This document shows positions 11,154 to 23,800 of a stretch of DNA of 64,000 nt, piece after piece. The stretch is from contig OZ176053.1 in the NCBI GenBank assembly GCA_964247055.1, positions 9,796,001 through 9,860,000 of the forward strand. The letters run 5' to 3'. The first letter of the stretch is position 1, and each line of letters begins with the position of its first letter. The position numbers and the translations under genes were made by a program. Under the pieces are notes generated by a model. The model had not been told where the DNA came from, made no database searches, and saw only the letters and a list, made by a program, of their open reading frames with translations. This stretch comes from Paragordius varius (Eukaryota > Animalia > Nematomorpha).

Positions 11154-14100
11154 CTAGCGTGAATCTCGTGCTGCTACGCAGCCCGAGGAAGTCCTTCGGA
11201 CTTCTGGGGGGGGGGGGGGGTTCTAAGTGAATGGGTCTACCGTTTTTCCTGTAGATCACAAAGCCAGCATTTTCCATTTTTATAAATATATAGATTACCA
11301 TAAATAATGTTTTAATATCCATATATCTTTTAACATGCTATACATATGATAGATACTCCTTACTCAGCAGCTATCATCAAAGAAACGCTTGACTAAAATT
11401 TTTGCCTTTTAACAGGCAATACGAAAAATCTTTCTCGAATTTTTACAGTCTCATACCTAGGGCGAAAAATCGATTTAGAAAATTATTTTTGTGGACTTTG
11501 TTTTTTGAAAAAAATGGCATTTTACGGGGGTAGCGGGTAAAAAGAGGGCCTAAATCAAAAAAGTGACTCGACTATGTTCAGCGCGATCAAAAATAAGTAA
11601 ACAAAATTCATATTTGAAATTGAATGGTCCAACACGTTCTCCAAAAAATTGACTTAACCCAATTTTCACACGGGGTGGGCCCGAACTGGGGACCTAATTC
11701 CAAAAAAGGGCGAAGCTATTGTCGGGGCATTTATTAATGATTATATTTTTTTGATATTTGGATTTGATTGGGTCTACCGGTTTTCCTGTACCAGATCACA
11801 AAGCCAGCATTTTCCATTTTTATAAATATATAGATGAGGATAAATAATGTATTAATATCCATATATCTTTTAACATGCTATGCATATGATAGATACTCCT
11901 TACTCAGCATCTATCATCAAAGAAACGCTTGACTAAAATTTTTGCCTTTTAACAGGCAATACGAAAAATCTTTCTCGAATTTTTACAGTCTCATACCTAG
12001 GGCGAAAAATCGATTTAAAAAATTATTTTTGTGGACTTTGTTTTTTGAAAAAGGTGGCATTTTACGGGGGGAGCGGGTAAAAAGAGGGCCTAAATCAAAA
12101 AAGTGGCTCGGCTATGTTCGGCGCAATCGAAAATAAGTAAACAAAAATCATATTTGAAATTGAATGGTCCAACACGTTCTCCGGAAAATTGTCTCAAAAA
12201 CACGATTTTGTGGACTTCTGTTTTTAAAAAAAACCCGTTTTTCATACGGGGTGGGCCCGAACTGGGGGCCTAATTCCAAAAAAGGGCGAAGCTATTGTCG
12301 GGGCATTCATTAATGATTATATTTTTTCGATATTTGGATTTGATTGGGTCTACCGGTTTTCCTGTACCAGATCACAAAGCCAGCATTTTCCATTTTTATA
12401 AATATATAGATGAGGATAAATAATGTATTAATATCCATATATCTTTTAACATGCTATACACATGATAGATACTCCTTACTCAGCAGTTATCATCAAAGAA
12501 ACGCTTGACTAAAATTTTTTTCTTTTAACAGGCAATACGAAAAAACCTTCTCGAATTTTTAGAGTCTCATACCGTGGACAAAAAAATACAATCAAAAAAA
12601 TATTTTTGTGGACTTTGTTTTTTTTGAAAAAAAATGGCATTTTACGGGGGTAGCGGGTAAAAAGAGGGCCTAAATCAAAAAAGTGACTCGACCATGTTCA
12701 GCGCGATCAAAAATAAGTAAACAAAAATCATATTTGAAATTGAATGGTCCAACACGTTCTCCAAAAAATTGACTTAACCCATTTTTCACACGGGGTGGGC
12801 CCAAACTGGGGACCTAATTCCAAAAAAGGGCGAAGCTATTGTCGGGGCATTCATTAATGATTAAATTTTTTCGATGTTTGGATTTGAATGGGTTCACCGG
12901 TTTTCCGGAAACAGATCACAAAGTTATATGAAAAATCAGTTTTTAGCGGGTAGCTCCTTACCCAGCAGCTATCATCAAATAAACGGTAGACTAAAATTTT
13001 TGCCTTTTAACAGGGAATACGTGGAATCCATATAGAATTTTTACGGTCTCATACCTAGGGCGAAAAATCGATTTAAAAAATTATTTTTGTGGACTTTGTT
13101 TTTTGAAAAAGGTGGCATTTTACGGGGGGAGCGGGTAAAAAGAGGGCCTAAATCAAAAAAGTGGCTCGGCTATGTTCGGCGCAATCGAAAATAAGTAAAC
13201 AAAAATCATATTTGAAATTGAATGGTCCAACACGTTCTCCGGAAAATTGTCTCAAAAACACGATTTTGTGGACTTCTGTTTTTAAAAAAAACCCGTTTTT
13301 CATACGGGGTGGGCCCGAACTGGGGGCCTAATTCCAAAAAAGGGCGAAGCTATTGTCGGGGCATTCATTAATGATTATATTTTTTCGATATTTGGATTTG
13401 ATTGGGTCTACCGGTTTTCCTGTACCAGATCACAAAGCCAGCATTTTCCATTTTTATAAATATATAGATGAGGATAAATAATGTATTAATATCCATATAT
13501 CTTTTAACATGCTATACACATGATAGATACTCCTTACTCAGCAGTTATCATCAAAGAAACGCTTGACTAAAATTTTTTTCTTTTAACAGGCAATACGAAA
13601 AAACCTTCTCGAATTTTTAGAGTCTCATACCGTGGACAAAAAAATACAATCAAAAAAATATTTTTGTGGACTTTGTTTTTTTTGAAAAAAAATGGCATTT
13701 TACGGGGGTAGCGGGTAAAAAGAGGGCCTAAATCAAAAAAGTGACTCGACCATGTTCAGCGCGATCAAAAATAAGTAAACAAAAATCATATTTGAAATTG
13801 AATGGTCCAACACGTTCTCCAAAAAATTGACTTAACCCATTTTTCACACGGGGTGGGCCCAAACTGGGGACCTAATTCCAAAAAAGGGCGAAGCTATTGT
13901 CGGGGCATTCATTAATGATTAAATTTTTTCGATGTTTGGATTTGAATGGGTTCACCGGTTTTCCGGAAACAGATCACAAAGTTATATGAAAAATCAGTTT
14001 TTAGCGGGTAGCTCCTTACCCAGCAGCTATCATCAAATAAACGGTAGACTAAAATTTTTGCCTTTTAACAGGGAATACGTGGAATCCATATAGAATTTTT

Positions 14101-14526
14101 ACGGTCTCATACCTAGGGCGAAAAATCGATTTAAAAAATTATTTTTGTGGACTTTGTTTTTTGAAAAAGGTGGCATTTTACGGGGGGAGCGGGTAAAAAG
14201 AGGGCCTAAATCAAAAAAGTGACTCGACCATGTTCGGCGCAATCGAAAATAAGTAAACAAAAATCATATTTGAAATTGAATGGTCCAACACGTTCTCCGG
14301 AAAATTGTCTCAAAAACACGATTTTGTGGACTTCTGTTTTTAAAAAAAACCCGTTTTTCATACGGGGTGGGCCCGAACTGGGGGCCTAATTCCAAAAAAG
14401 GGCGAAGCTATTGTCGGGGCATTCATTAATGATTATATTTTTTCGATATTTGGATTTGATTGGGTCTACCGGTTTTCCTGTACCAGATCACAAAGCCAGC
14501 ATTTTCCATTTTTATAAATATATAGA
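11154..14526 (-). mobile_element. Non-autonomous Helitron with internal tandem array (3373 bp, five 5'-end motifs)
   Basis: On the minus strand: A|TCTATATATTTATAAAAATGG at 14526, ending GAAGTCC-GAA-GGACTTC CTCGGGCTGC-GTA-GCAGCACGAG ATTCACG CTAG|T at 11154 (AT target, no TSD). 5'-end motifs at 11294, 11834, 12410, 13468 and 14526 (spacings 540, 576, 1058, 1058). Confidence 0.88.
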
Positions 14527-14806
14527 TGTCTAACTTTGATTTTGATATACATATTATTGTATTTTTTTCGATCAAAGGAATAGTAAAGTATTGTTACGCA
14601 TGACTAATCAAAAAAGATAATTTAATTTAAGAAGTAATTTTATAAATAACAATGTATCTATGTTTTTTTGACTATAATCTAATCTTATTTGTCCATATAT
14701 ATGATTATATTTATAATTTTTGCGATGGGTATCTACCACATATTTATTTAAAACACAATGTTTGAGTTGCTTTAAATCAATAACATATATCTATAATATT
14801 ATTATA

Positions 14807-17800
14807 CTAGCGTGAATCTCGTGCTGCTACGCAGCCCGAGGAAGTCCTTCGGACTTCTGGGGGGGGGGGGGGGGTTCGAAGTTTGGATTTGAATGAAAAT
14901 CAGTTTTTAGCGGGTAGCTCCTTACTCAGCATCTATCATCAAAGAAACGCTTGACTAAAATTTTTGCCTTTTAACAGGCAATACGAAAAATCTTTCTCGA
15001 ATTTTTACAGTCTCATACCGTGGACAAAAAAATACAATCAAAAAAATATTTTTGTGGACTTTGTTTTTTTTTGAAAAAAATGGCATTTTACGGGGGTAGC
15101 GGGTAAAAAGAGGGCCTAAATCAAAAAAGTGACTCGACTATGTTCAGCGCGATCAAAAATAAGTAAACAAAATTCATATTTGAAATTGAATGGTCCAACA
15201 CGTTCTCCAAAAAATTGACTTAACCCATTTTCCACACGGGGTGGGCCCGAACTGGGGACCTAATTCCAAAAAAGGGCGAAGCTATTGTCGGGGCATTCAT
15301 TAATGATTATATTTTTTCGATATTTGGATTTGATTGGGATCACCGGTTTTCCGGAAACAGTTCACAAAGTTATATGAAAAATCAGTTTTTAGCGGGTAGC
15401 TCCTTACCCAGCAGCTATCATCAAAAAAACGGTGGACTAAAATTTTTGCCTTTTAACAGGGAATACGTGGAATCTTTATTGAATTTTTACGGTCTCATAC
15501 CTAGGGCGAAAAATCGATTTAGAAAATTATTTTTGTGGACTTTGTTTTTTGAAAAAAATGGCATTTTACGGGGGGAGCGGGTAAAAAGAGGGCCTAAATC
15601 AAAAAAGTGGCTCGACTATGTTCGGCGCAATCGAAAATAAGTAGACAAAAATTATATTTGAAATTGAATGGTCCAACACGTTCTCCGGAAAATTGTCTCA
15701 AAAACACGATTTCGTGGACTTCTGTTTTCAAAAAAAACCCGTTTTTCATACGGGGTGGGCCCGAACTGGGGGCCTATTTCAAAAAAAGGGCGAAGCTATT
15801 GTCGGGACATTTATTAATGATTATATTTTTTCGATATTTGGATTTGATTGGGTCTACCGGTTTTCCCTTACCAGATCACAAAGCCAGCATTTTCCATTTT
15901 TATAAATATATAGATGAGGATAAATAATGTATTAATATCCATATATCTTTTAACATGCTATGCATATGATAGATACTCCTTACTCAGCATCTATCATCAA
16001 AGAAACGCTTGACTAAAATTTTTGCCTTTTAACAGGCAATACGAAAAATCTTTCTCGAATTTTTACAGTCTCATACCGTGGACAAAAAAATACAATCAAA
16101 AAAATATTTTTGTGGACTTTGTTTTTTTTTGAAAAAAATGGCATTTTACGGGGGTAGCGGGTAAAAAGAGGGCCTAAATCAAAAAAGTGACTCGACTATG
16201 TTCAGCGCGATCGAAAATAAGTAAACAAAATTCATATTTGAAATTGAATGGTCCAACACGTTCTCCGGAAAATTGTCTCAAAAACACGATTTCGTGGACT
16301 TCTGTTTTCAAAAAAAACCCGTTTTTCATACGGGGTGGGCCCGAACTGGGGGCCTATTTCAAAAAAAGGGCGAAGCTATTGTCGGGACATTTATTAATGA
16401 TTATATTTTTTCGATATTTGGATTTGATTGGGTCTACCGGTTTTCCCTTACCAGATCACAAAGCCAGCATTTTCCATTTTTATAAATATATAGATGAGGA
16501 TAAATAATGTATTAATATCCATATATCTTTTAACATGCTATGCATATGATAGATACTCCTTACTCAGCATCTATCATCAAAGAAACGCTTGACTAAAATT
16601 TTTGCCTTTTAACAGGCAATACGAAAAATCTTTCTCGAATTTTTACAGTCTCATACCGTGGACAAAAAAATACAATCAAAAAAATATTTTTGTGGACTTT
16701 GTTTTTTTTTGAAAAAAATGGCATTTTACGGGGGTAGCGGGTAAAAAGAGGGCCTAAATCAAAAAAGTGACTCGACTATGTTCAGCGCGATCAAAAATAA
16801 GTAAACAAAATTCATATTTGAAATTGAATGGTCCAACACGTTCTCCAAAAAATTGACTTAACCCATTTTTCACACGGGGTGGGCCCGAACTGGGGACCTA
16901 ATTCCAAAAAAGGGCGAAGCTATTGTCGGGGCATTCATTAATGATTATATTTTTTTGATATTTGGATTTGATTGGGATCACCGGTTTTCCGGAAACAGTT
17001 CACAAAGTTATATGAAAAATCAGTTTTTAGCGGGTAGCTCCTTACCCAGCAGCTATCATCAAAAAAACGGTGGACTAAAATTTTTGCCTTTTAACAGGGA
17101 ATACGTGGAATCTTTATTGAATTTTTACGGTCTCATACCTAGGGCGAAAAATCGATTTAGAAAATTATTTTTGTGGACTTTGTTTTTTGAAAAAAATGGC
17201 ATTTTACGGGGGGAGCGGGTAAAAAGAGGGCCTAAATCAAAAAAGTGGCTCGACTATGTTCGGCGCAATCGAAAATAAGTAGACAAAAATTATATTTGAA
17301 ATTGAATGGTCCAACACGTTCTCCGGAAAATTGTCTCAAAAACACGATTTCGTGGACTTCTGTTTTCAAAAAAAACCCGTTTTTCATACGGGGTGGGCCC
17401 GAACTGGGGGCCTATTTCAAAAAAAGGGCGAAGCTATTGTCGGGACATTTATTAATGATTATATTTTTTCGATATTTGGATTTGATTGGGTCTACCGGTT
17501 TTCCCTTACCAGATCACAAAGCCAGCATTTTCCATTTTTATAAATATATAGATGAGGATAAATAATGTATTAATATCCATATATCTTTTAACATGCTATG
17601 CATATGATAGATACTCCTTACTCAGCATCTATCATCAAAGAAACGCTTGACTAAAATTTTTGCCTTTTAACAGGCAATACGAAAAATCTTTCTCGAATTT
17701 TTACAGTCTCATACCGTGGACAAAAAAATACAATCAAAAAAATATTTTTGTGGACTTTGTTTTTTTTTGAAAAAAATGGCATTTTACGGGGGTAGCGGGT

Positions 17801-20800
17801 AAAAAGAGGGCCTAAATCAAAAAAGTGACTCGACTATGTTCAGCGCGATCAAAAATAAGTAAACAAAATTCATATTTGAAATTGAATGGTCCAACACGTT
17901 CTCCAAAAAATTGACTTAACCCATTTTTCACACGGGGTGGGCCCGAACTGGGGACCTAATTCCAAAAAAGGGCGAAGCTATTGTCGGGGCATTCATTAAT
18001 GATTATATTTTTTTGATATTTGGATTTGATTGGGATCACCGGTTTTCCGGAAACAGTTCACAAAGTTATATGAAAAATCAGTTTTTAGCGGGTAGCTCCT
18101 TACCCAGCAGCTATCATCAAAAAAACGGTGGACTAAAATTTTTGCCTTTTAACAGGGAATACGTGGAATCTTTATTGAATTTTTACGGTCTCATACCTAG
18201 GGCGAAAAATCGATTTAGAAAATTATTTTTGTGGACTTTGTTTTTTGAAAAAAATGGCATTTTACGGGGGGAGCGGGTAAAAAGAGGGCCTAAATCAAAA
18301 AAGTGGCTCGACTATGTTCGGCGCAATCGAAAATAAGTAGACAAAAATTATATTTGAAATTGAATGGTCCAACACGTTCTCCGGAAAATTGTCTCAAAAA
18401 CACGATTTCGTGGACTTCTGTTTTCAAAAAAAACCCGTTTTTCATACGGGGTGGGCCCGAACTGGGGGCCTATTTCAAAAAAAGGGCGAAGCTATTGTCG
18501 GGACATTTATTAATGATTATATTTTTTCGATATTTGGATTTGATTGGGTCTACCGGTTTTCCCTTACCAGATCACAAAGCCAGCATTTTCCATTTTTATA
18601 AATATATAGATGAGGATAAATAATGTATTAATATCCATATATCTTTTAACATGCTATGCATATGATAGATACTCCTTACTCAGCATCTATCATCAAAGAA
18701 ACGCTTGACTAAAATTTTTGCCTTTTAACAGGCAATACGAAAAATCTTTCTCGAATTTTTACAGTCTCATACCGTGGACAAAAAAATACAATCAAAAAAA
18801 TATTTTTGTGGACTTTGTTTTTTTTTGAAAAAAATGGCATTTTACGGGGGTAGCGGGTAAAAAGAGGGCCTAAATCAAAAAAGTGACTCGACTATGTTCA
18901 GCGCGATCAAAAATAAGTAAACAAAATTCATATTTGAAATTGAATGGTCCAACACGTTCTCCAAAAAATTGACTTAACCCATTTTTCACACGGGGTGGGC
19001 CCGAACTGGGGACCTAATTCCAAAAAAGGGCGAAGCTATTGTCGGGGCATTCATTAATGATTATATTTTTTTGATATTTGGATTTGATTGGGATCACCGG
19101 TTTTCCGGAAACAGTTCACAAAGTTATATGAAAAATCAGTTTTTAGCGGGTAGCTCCTTACCCAGCAGCTATCATCAAAAAAACGGTGGACTAAAATTTT
19201 TGCCTTTTAACAGGGAATACGTGGAATCTTTATTGAATTTTTACGGTCTCATACCTAGGGCGAAAAATCGATTTAGAAAATTATTTTTGTGGACTTTGTT
19301 TTTTGAAAAAAATGGCATTTTACGGGGGGAGCGGGTAAAAAGAGGGCCTAAATCAAAAAAGTGGCTCGACTATGTTCGGCGCAATCGAAAATAAGTAGAC
19401 AAAAATTATATTTGAAATTGAATGGTCCAACACGTTCTCCGGAAAATTGTCTCAAAAACACGATTTCGTGGACTTCTGTTTTCAAAAAAAACCCGTTTTT
19501 CATACGGGGTGGGCCCGAACTGGGGGCCTATTTCAAAAAAAGGGCGAAGCTATTGTCGGGACATTTATTAATGATTATATTTTTTCGATATTTGGATTTG
19601 ATTGGGTCTACCGGTTTTCCCTTACCAGATCACAAAGCCAGCATTTTCCATTTTTATAAATATATAGATGAGGATAAATAATGTATTAATATCCATATAT
19701 CTTTTAACATGCTATGCATATGATAGATACTCCTTACTCAGCATCTATCATCAAAGAAACGCTTGACTAAAATTTTTGCCTTTTAACAGGCAATACGAAA
19801 AATCTTTCTCGAATTTTTACAGTCTCATACCGTGGACAAAAAAATACAATCAAAAAAATATTTTTGTGGACTTTGTTTTTTTTTGAAAAAAATGGCATTT
19901 TACGGGGGTAGCGGGTAAAAAGAGGGCCTAAATCAAAAAAGTGACTCGACTATGTTCAGCGCGATCAAAAATAAGTAAACAAAATTCATATTTGAAATTG
20001 AATGGTCCAACACGTTCTCCAAAAAATTGACTTAACCCATTTTTCACACGGGGTGGGCCCGAACTGGGGACCTAATTCCAAAAAAGGGCGAAGCTATTGT
20101 CGGGGCATTCATTAATGATTATATTTTTTTGATATTTGGATTTGATTGGGATCACCGGTTTTCCGGAAACAGTTCACAAAGTTATATGAAAAATCAGTTT
20201 TTAGCGGGTAGCTCCTTACCCAGCAGCTATCATCAAAAAAACGGTGGACTAAAATTTTTGCCTTTTAACAGGGAATACGTGGAATCTTTATTGAATTTTT
20301 ACGGTCTCATACCTAGGGCGAAAAATCGATTTAGAAAATTATTTTTGTGGACTTTGTTTTTTGAAAAAAATGGCATTTTACGGGGGGAGCGGGTAAAAAG
20401 AGGGCCTAAATCAAAAAAGTGGCTCGACTATGTTCGGCGCAATCGAAAATAAGTAGACAAAAATTATATTTGAAATTGAATGGTCCAACACGTTCTCCGG
20501 AAAATTGTCTCAAAAACACGATTTCGTGGACTTCTGTTTTCAAAAAAAACCCGTTTTTCATACGGGGTGGGCCCGAACTGGGGGCCTATTTCAAAAAAAG
20601 GGCGAAGCTATTGTCGGGACATTTATTAATGATTATATTTTTTCGATATTTGGATTTGATTGGGTCTACCGGTTTTCCCTTACCAGATCACAAAGCCAGC
20701 ATTTTCCATTTTTATAAATATATAGATGAGGATAAATAATGTATTAATATCCATATATCTTTTAACATGCTATGCATATGATAGATACTCCTTACTCAGC

Positions 20801-23800
20801 ATCTATCATCAAAGAAACGCTTGACTAAAATTTTTGCCTTTTAACAGGCAATACGAAAAATCTTTCTCGAATTTTTACAGTCTCATACCGTGGACAAAAA
20901 AATACAATCAAAAAAATATTTTTGTGGACTTTGTTTTTTTTTGAAAAAAATGGCATTTTACGGGGGTAGCGGGTAAAAAGAGGGCCTAAATCAAAAAAGT
21001 GACTCGACTATGTTCAGCGCGATCAAAAATAAGTAAACAAAATTCATATTTGAAATTGAATGGTCCAACACGTTCTCCAAAAAATTGACTTAACCCATTT
21101 TTCACACGGGGTGGGCCCGAACTGGGGACCTAATTCCAAAAAAGGGCGAAGCTATTGTCGGGGCATTCATTAATGATTATATTTTTTTGATATTTGGATT
21201 TGATTGGGATCACCGGTTTTCCGGAAACAGTTCACAAAGTTATATGAAAAATCAGTTTTTAGCGGGTAGCTCCTTACCCAGCAGCTATCATCAAAAAAAC
21301 GGTGGACTAAAATTTTTGCCTTTTAACAGGGAATACGTGGAATCTTTATTGAATTTTTACGGTCTCATACCTAGGGCGAAAAATCGATTTAGAAAATTAT
21401 TTTTGTGGACTTTGTTTTTTGAAAAAAATGGCATTTTACGGGGGGAGCGGGTAAAAAGAGGGCCTAAATCAAAAAAGTGGCTCGACTATGTTCGGCGCAA
21501 TCGAAAATAAGTAGACAAAAATTATATTTGAAATTGAATGGTCCAACACGTTCTCCGGAAAATTGTCTCAAAAACACGATTTCGTGGACTTCTGTTTTCA
21601 AAAAAAACCCGTTTTTCATACGGGGTGGGCCCGAACTGGGGGCCTATTTCAAAAAAAGGGCGAAGCTATTGTCGGGACATTTATTAATGATTATATTTTT
21701 TCGATATTTGGATTTGATTGGGTCTACCGGTTTTCCCTTACCAGATCACAAAGCCAGCATTTTCCATTTTTATAAATATATAGATGAGGATAAATAATGT
21801 ATTAATATCCATATATCTTTTAACATGCTATGCATATGATAGATACTCCTTACTCAGCATCTATCATCAAAGAAACGCTTGACTAAAATTTTTGCCTTTT
21901 AACAGGCAATACGAAAAATCTTTCTCGAATTTTTACAGTCTCATACCGTGGACAAAAAAATACAATCAAAAAAATATTTTTGTGGACTTTGTTTTTTTTT
22001 GAAAAAAATGGCATTTTACGGGGGTAGCGGGTAAAAAGAGGGCCTAAATCAAAAAAGTGACTCGACTATGTTCAGCGCGATCAAAAATAAGTAAACAAAA
22101 TTCATATTTGAAATTGAATGGTCCAACACGTTCTCCAAAAAATTGACTTAACCCATTTTTCACACGGGGTGGGCCCGAACTGGGGACCTAATTCCAAAAA
22201 AGGGCGAAGCTATTGTCGGGGCATTCATTAATGATTATATTTTTTTGATATTTGGATTTGATTGGGATCACCGGTTTTCCGGAAACAGTTCACAAAGTTA
22301 TATGAAAAATCAGTTTTTAGCGGGTAGCTCCTTACCCAGCAGCTATCATCAAAAAAACGGTGGACTAAAATTTTTGCCTTTTAACAGGGAATACGTGGAA
22401 TCTTTATTGAATTTTTACGGTCTCATACCTAGGGCGAAAAATCGATTTAGAAAATTATTTTTGTGGACTTTGTTTTTTGAAAAAAATGGCATTTTACGGG
22501 GGGAGCGGGTAAAAAGAGGGCCTAAATCAAAAAAGTGGCTCGACTATGTTCGGCGCAATCGAAAATAAGTAGACAAAAATTATATTTGAAATTGAATGGT
22601 CCAACACGTTCTCCGGAAAATTGTCTCAAAAACACGATTTCGTGGACTTCTGTTTTCAAAAAAAACCCGTTTTTCATACGGGGTGGGCCCGAACTGGGGG
22701 CCTATTTCAAAAAAAGGGCGAAGCTATTGTCGGGACATTTATTAATGATTATATTTTTTCGATATTTGGATTTGATTGGGTCTACCGGTTTTCCCTTACC
22801 AGATCACAAAGCCAGCATTTTCCATTTTTATAAATATATAGATGAGGATAAATAATGTATTAATATCCATATATCTTTTAACATGCTATGCATATGATAG
22901 ATACTCCTTACTCAGCATCTATCATCAAAGAAACGCTTGACTAAAATTTTTGCCTTTTAACAGGCAATACGAAAAATCTTTCTCGAATTTTTACAGTCTC
23001 ATACCGTGGACAAAAAAATACAATCAAAAAAATATTTTTGTGGACTTTGTTTTTTTTTGAAAAAAATGGCATTTTACGGGGGTAGCGGGTAAAAAGAGGG
23101 CCTAAATCAAAAAAGTGACTCGACTATGTTCAGCGCGATCAAAAATAAGTAAACAAAATTCATATTTGAAATTGAATGGTCCAACACGTTCTCCAAAAAA
23201 TTGACTTAACCCATTTTTCACACGGGGTGGGCCCGAACTGGGGACCTAATTCCAAAAAAGGGCGAAGCTATTGTCGGGGCATTCATTAATGATTATATTT
23301 TTTTGATATTTGGATTTGATTGGGATCACCGGTTTTCCGGAAACAGTTCACAAAGTTATATGAAAAATCAGTTTTTAGCGGGTAGCTCCTTACCCAGCAG
23401 CTATCATCAAAAAAACGGTGGACTAAAATTTTTGCCTTTTAACAGGGAATACGTGGAATCTTTATTGAATTTTTACGGTCTCATACCTAGGGCGAAAAAT
23501 CGATTTAGAAAATTATTTTTGTGGACTTTGTTTTTTGAAAAAAATGGCATTTTACGGGGGGAGCGGGTAAAAAGAGGGCCTAAATCAAAAAAGTGGCTCG
23601 ACTATGTTCGGCGCAATCGAAAATAAGTAGACAAAAATTATATTTGAAATTGAATGGTCCAACACGTTCTCCGGAAAATTGTCTCAAAAACACGATTTCG
23701 TGGACTTCTGTTTTCAAAAAAAACCCGTTTTTCATACGGGGTGGGCCCGAACTGGGGGCCTATTTCAAAAAAAGGGCGAAGCTATTGTCGGGACATTTAT

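Noticed and set aside
11206-11220. dog-1/FANCJ-type G4 deletion signature as the cause of variable junctions
   Set aside because: Those deletions remove the G tract and extend 5' of it. Here the tract is kept and the variation lies on its 3' side.
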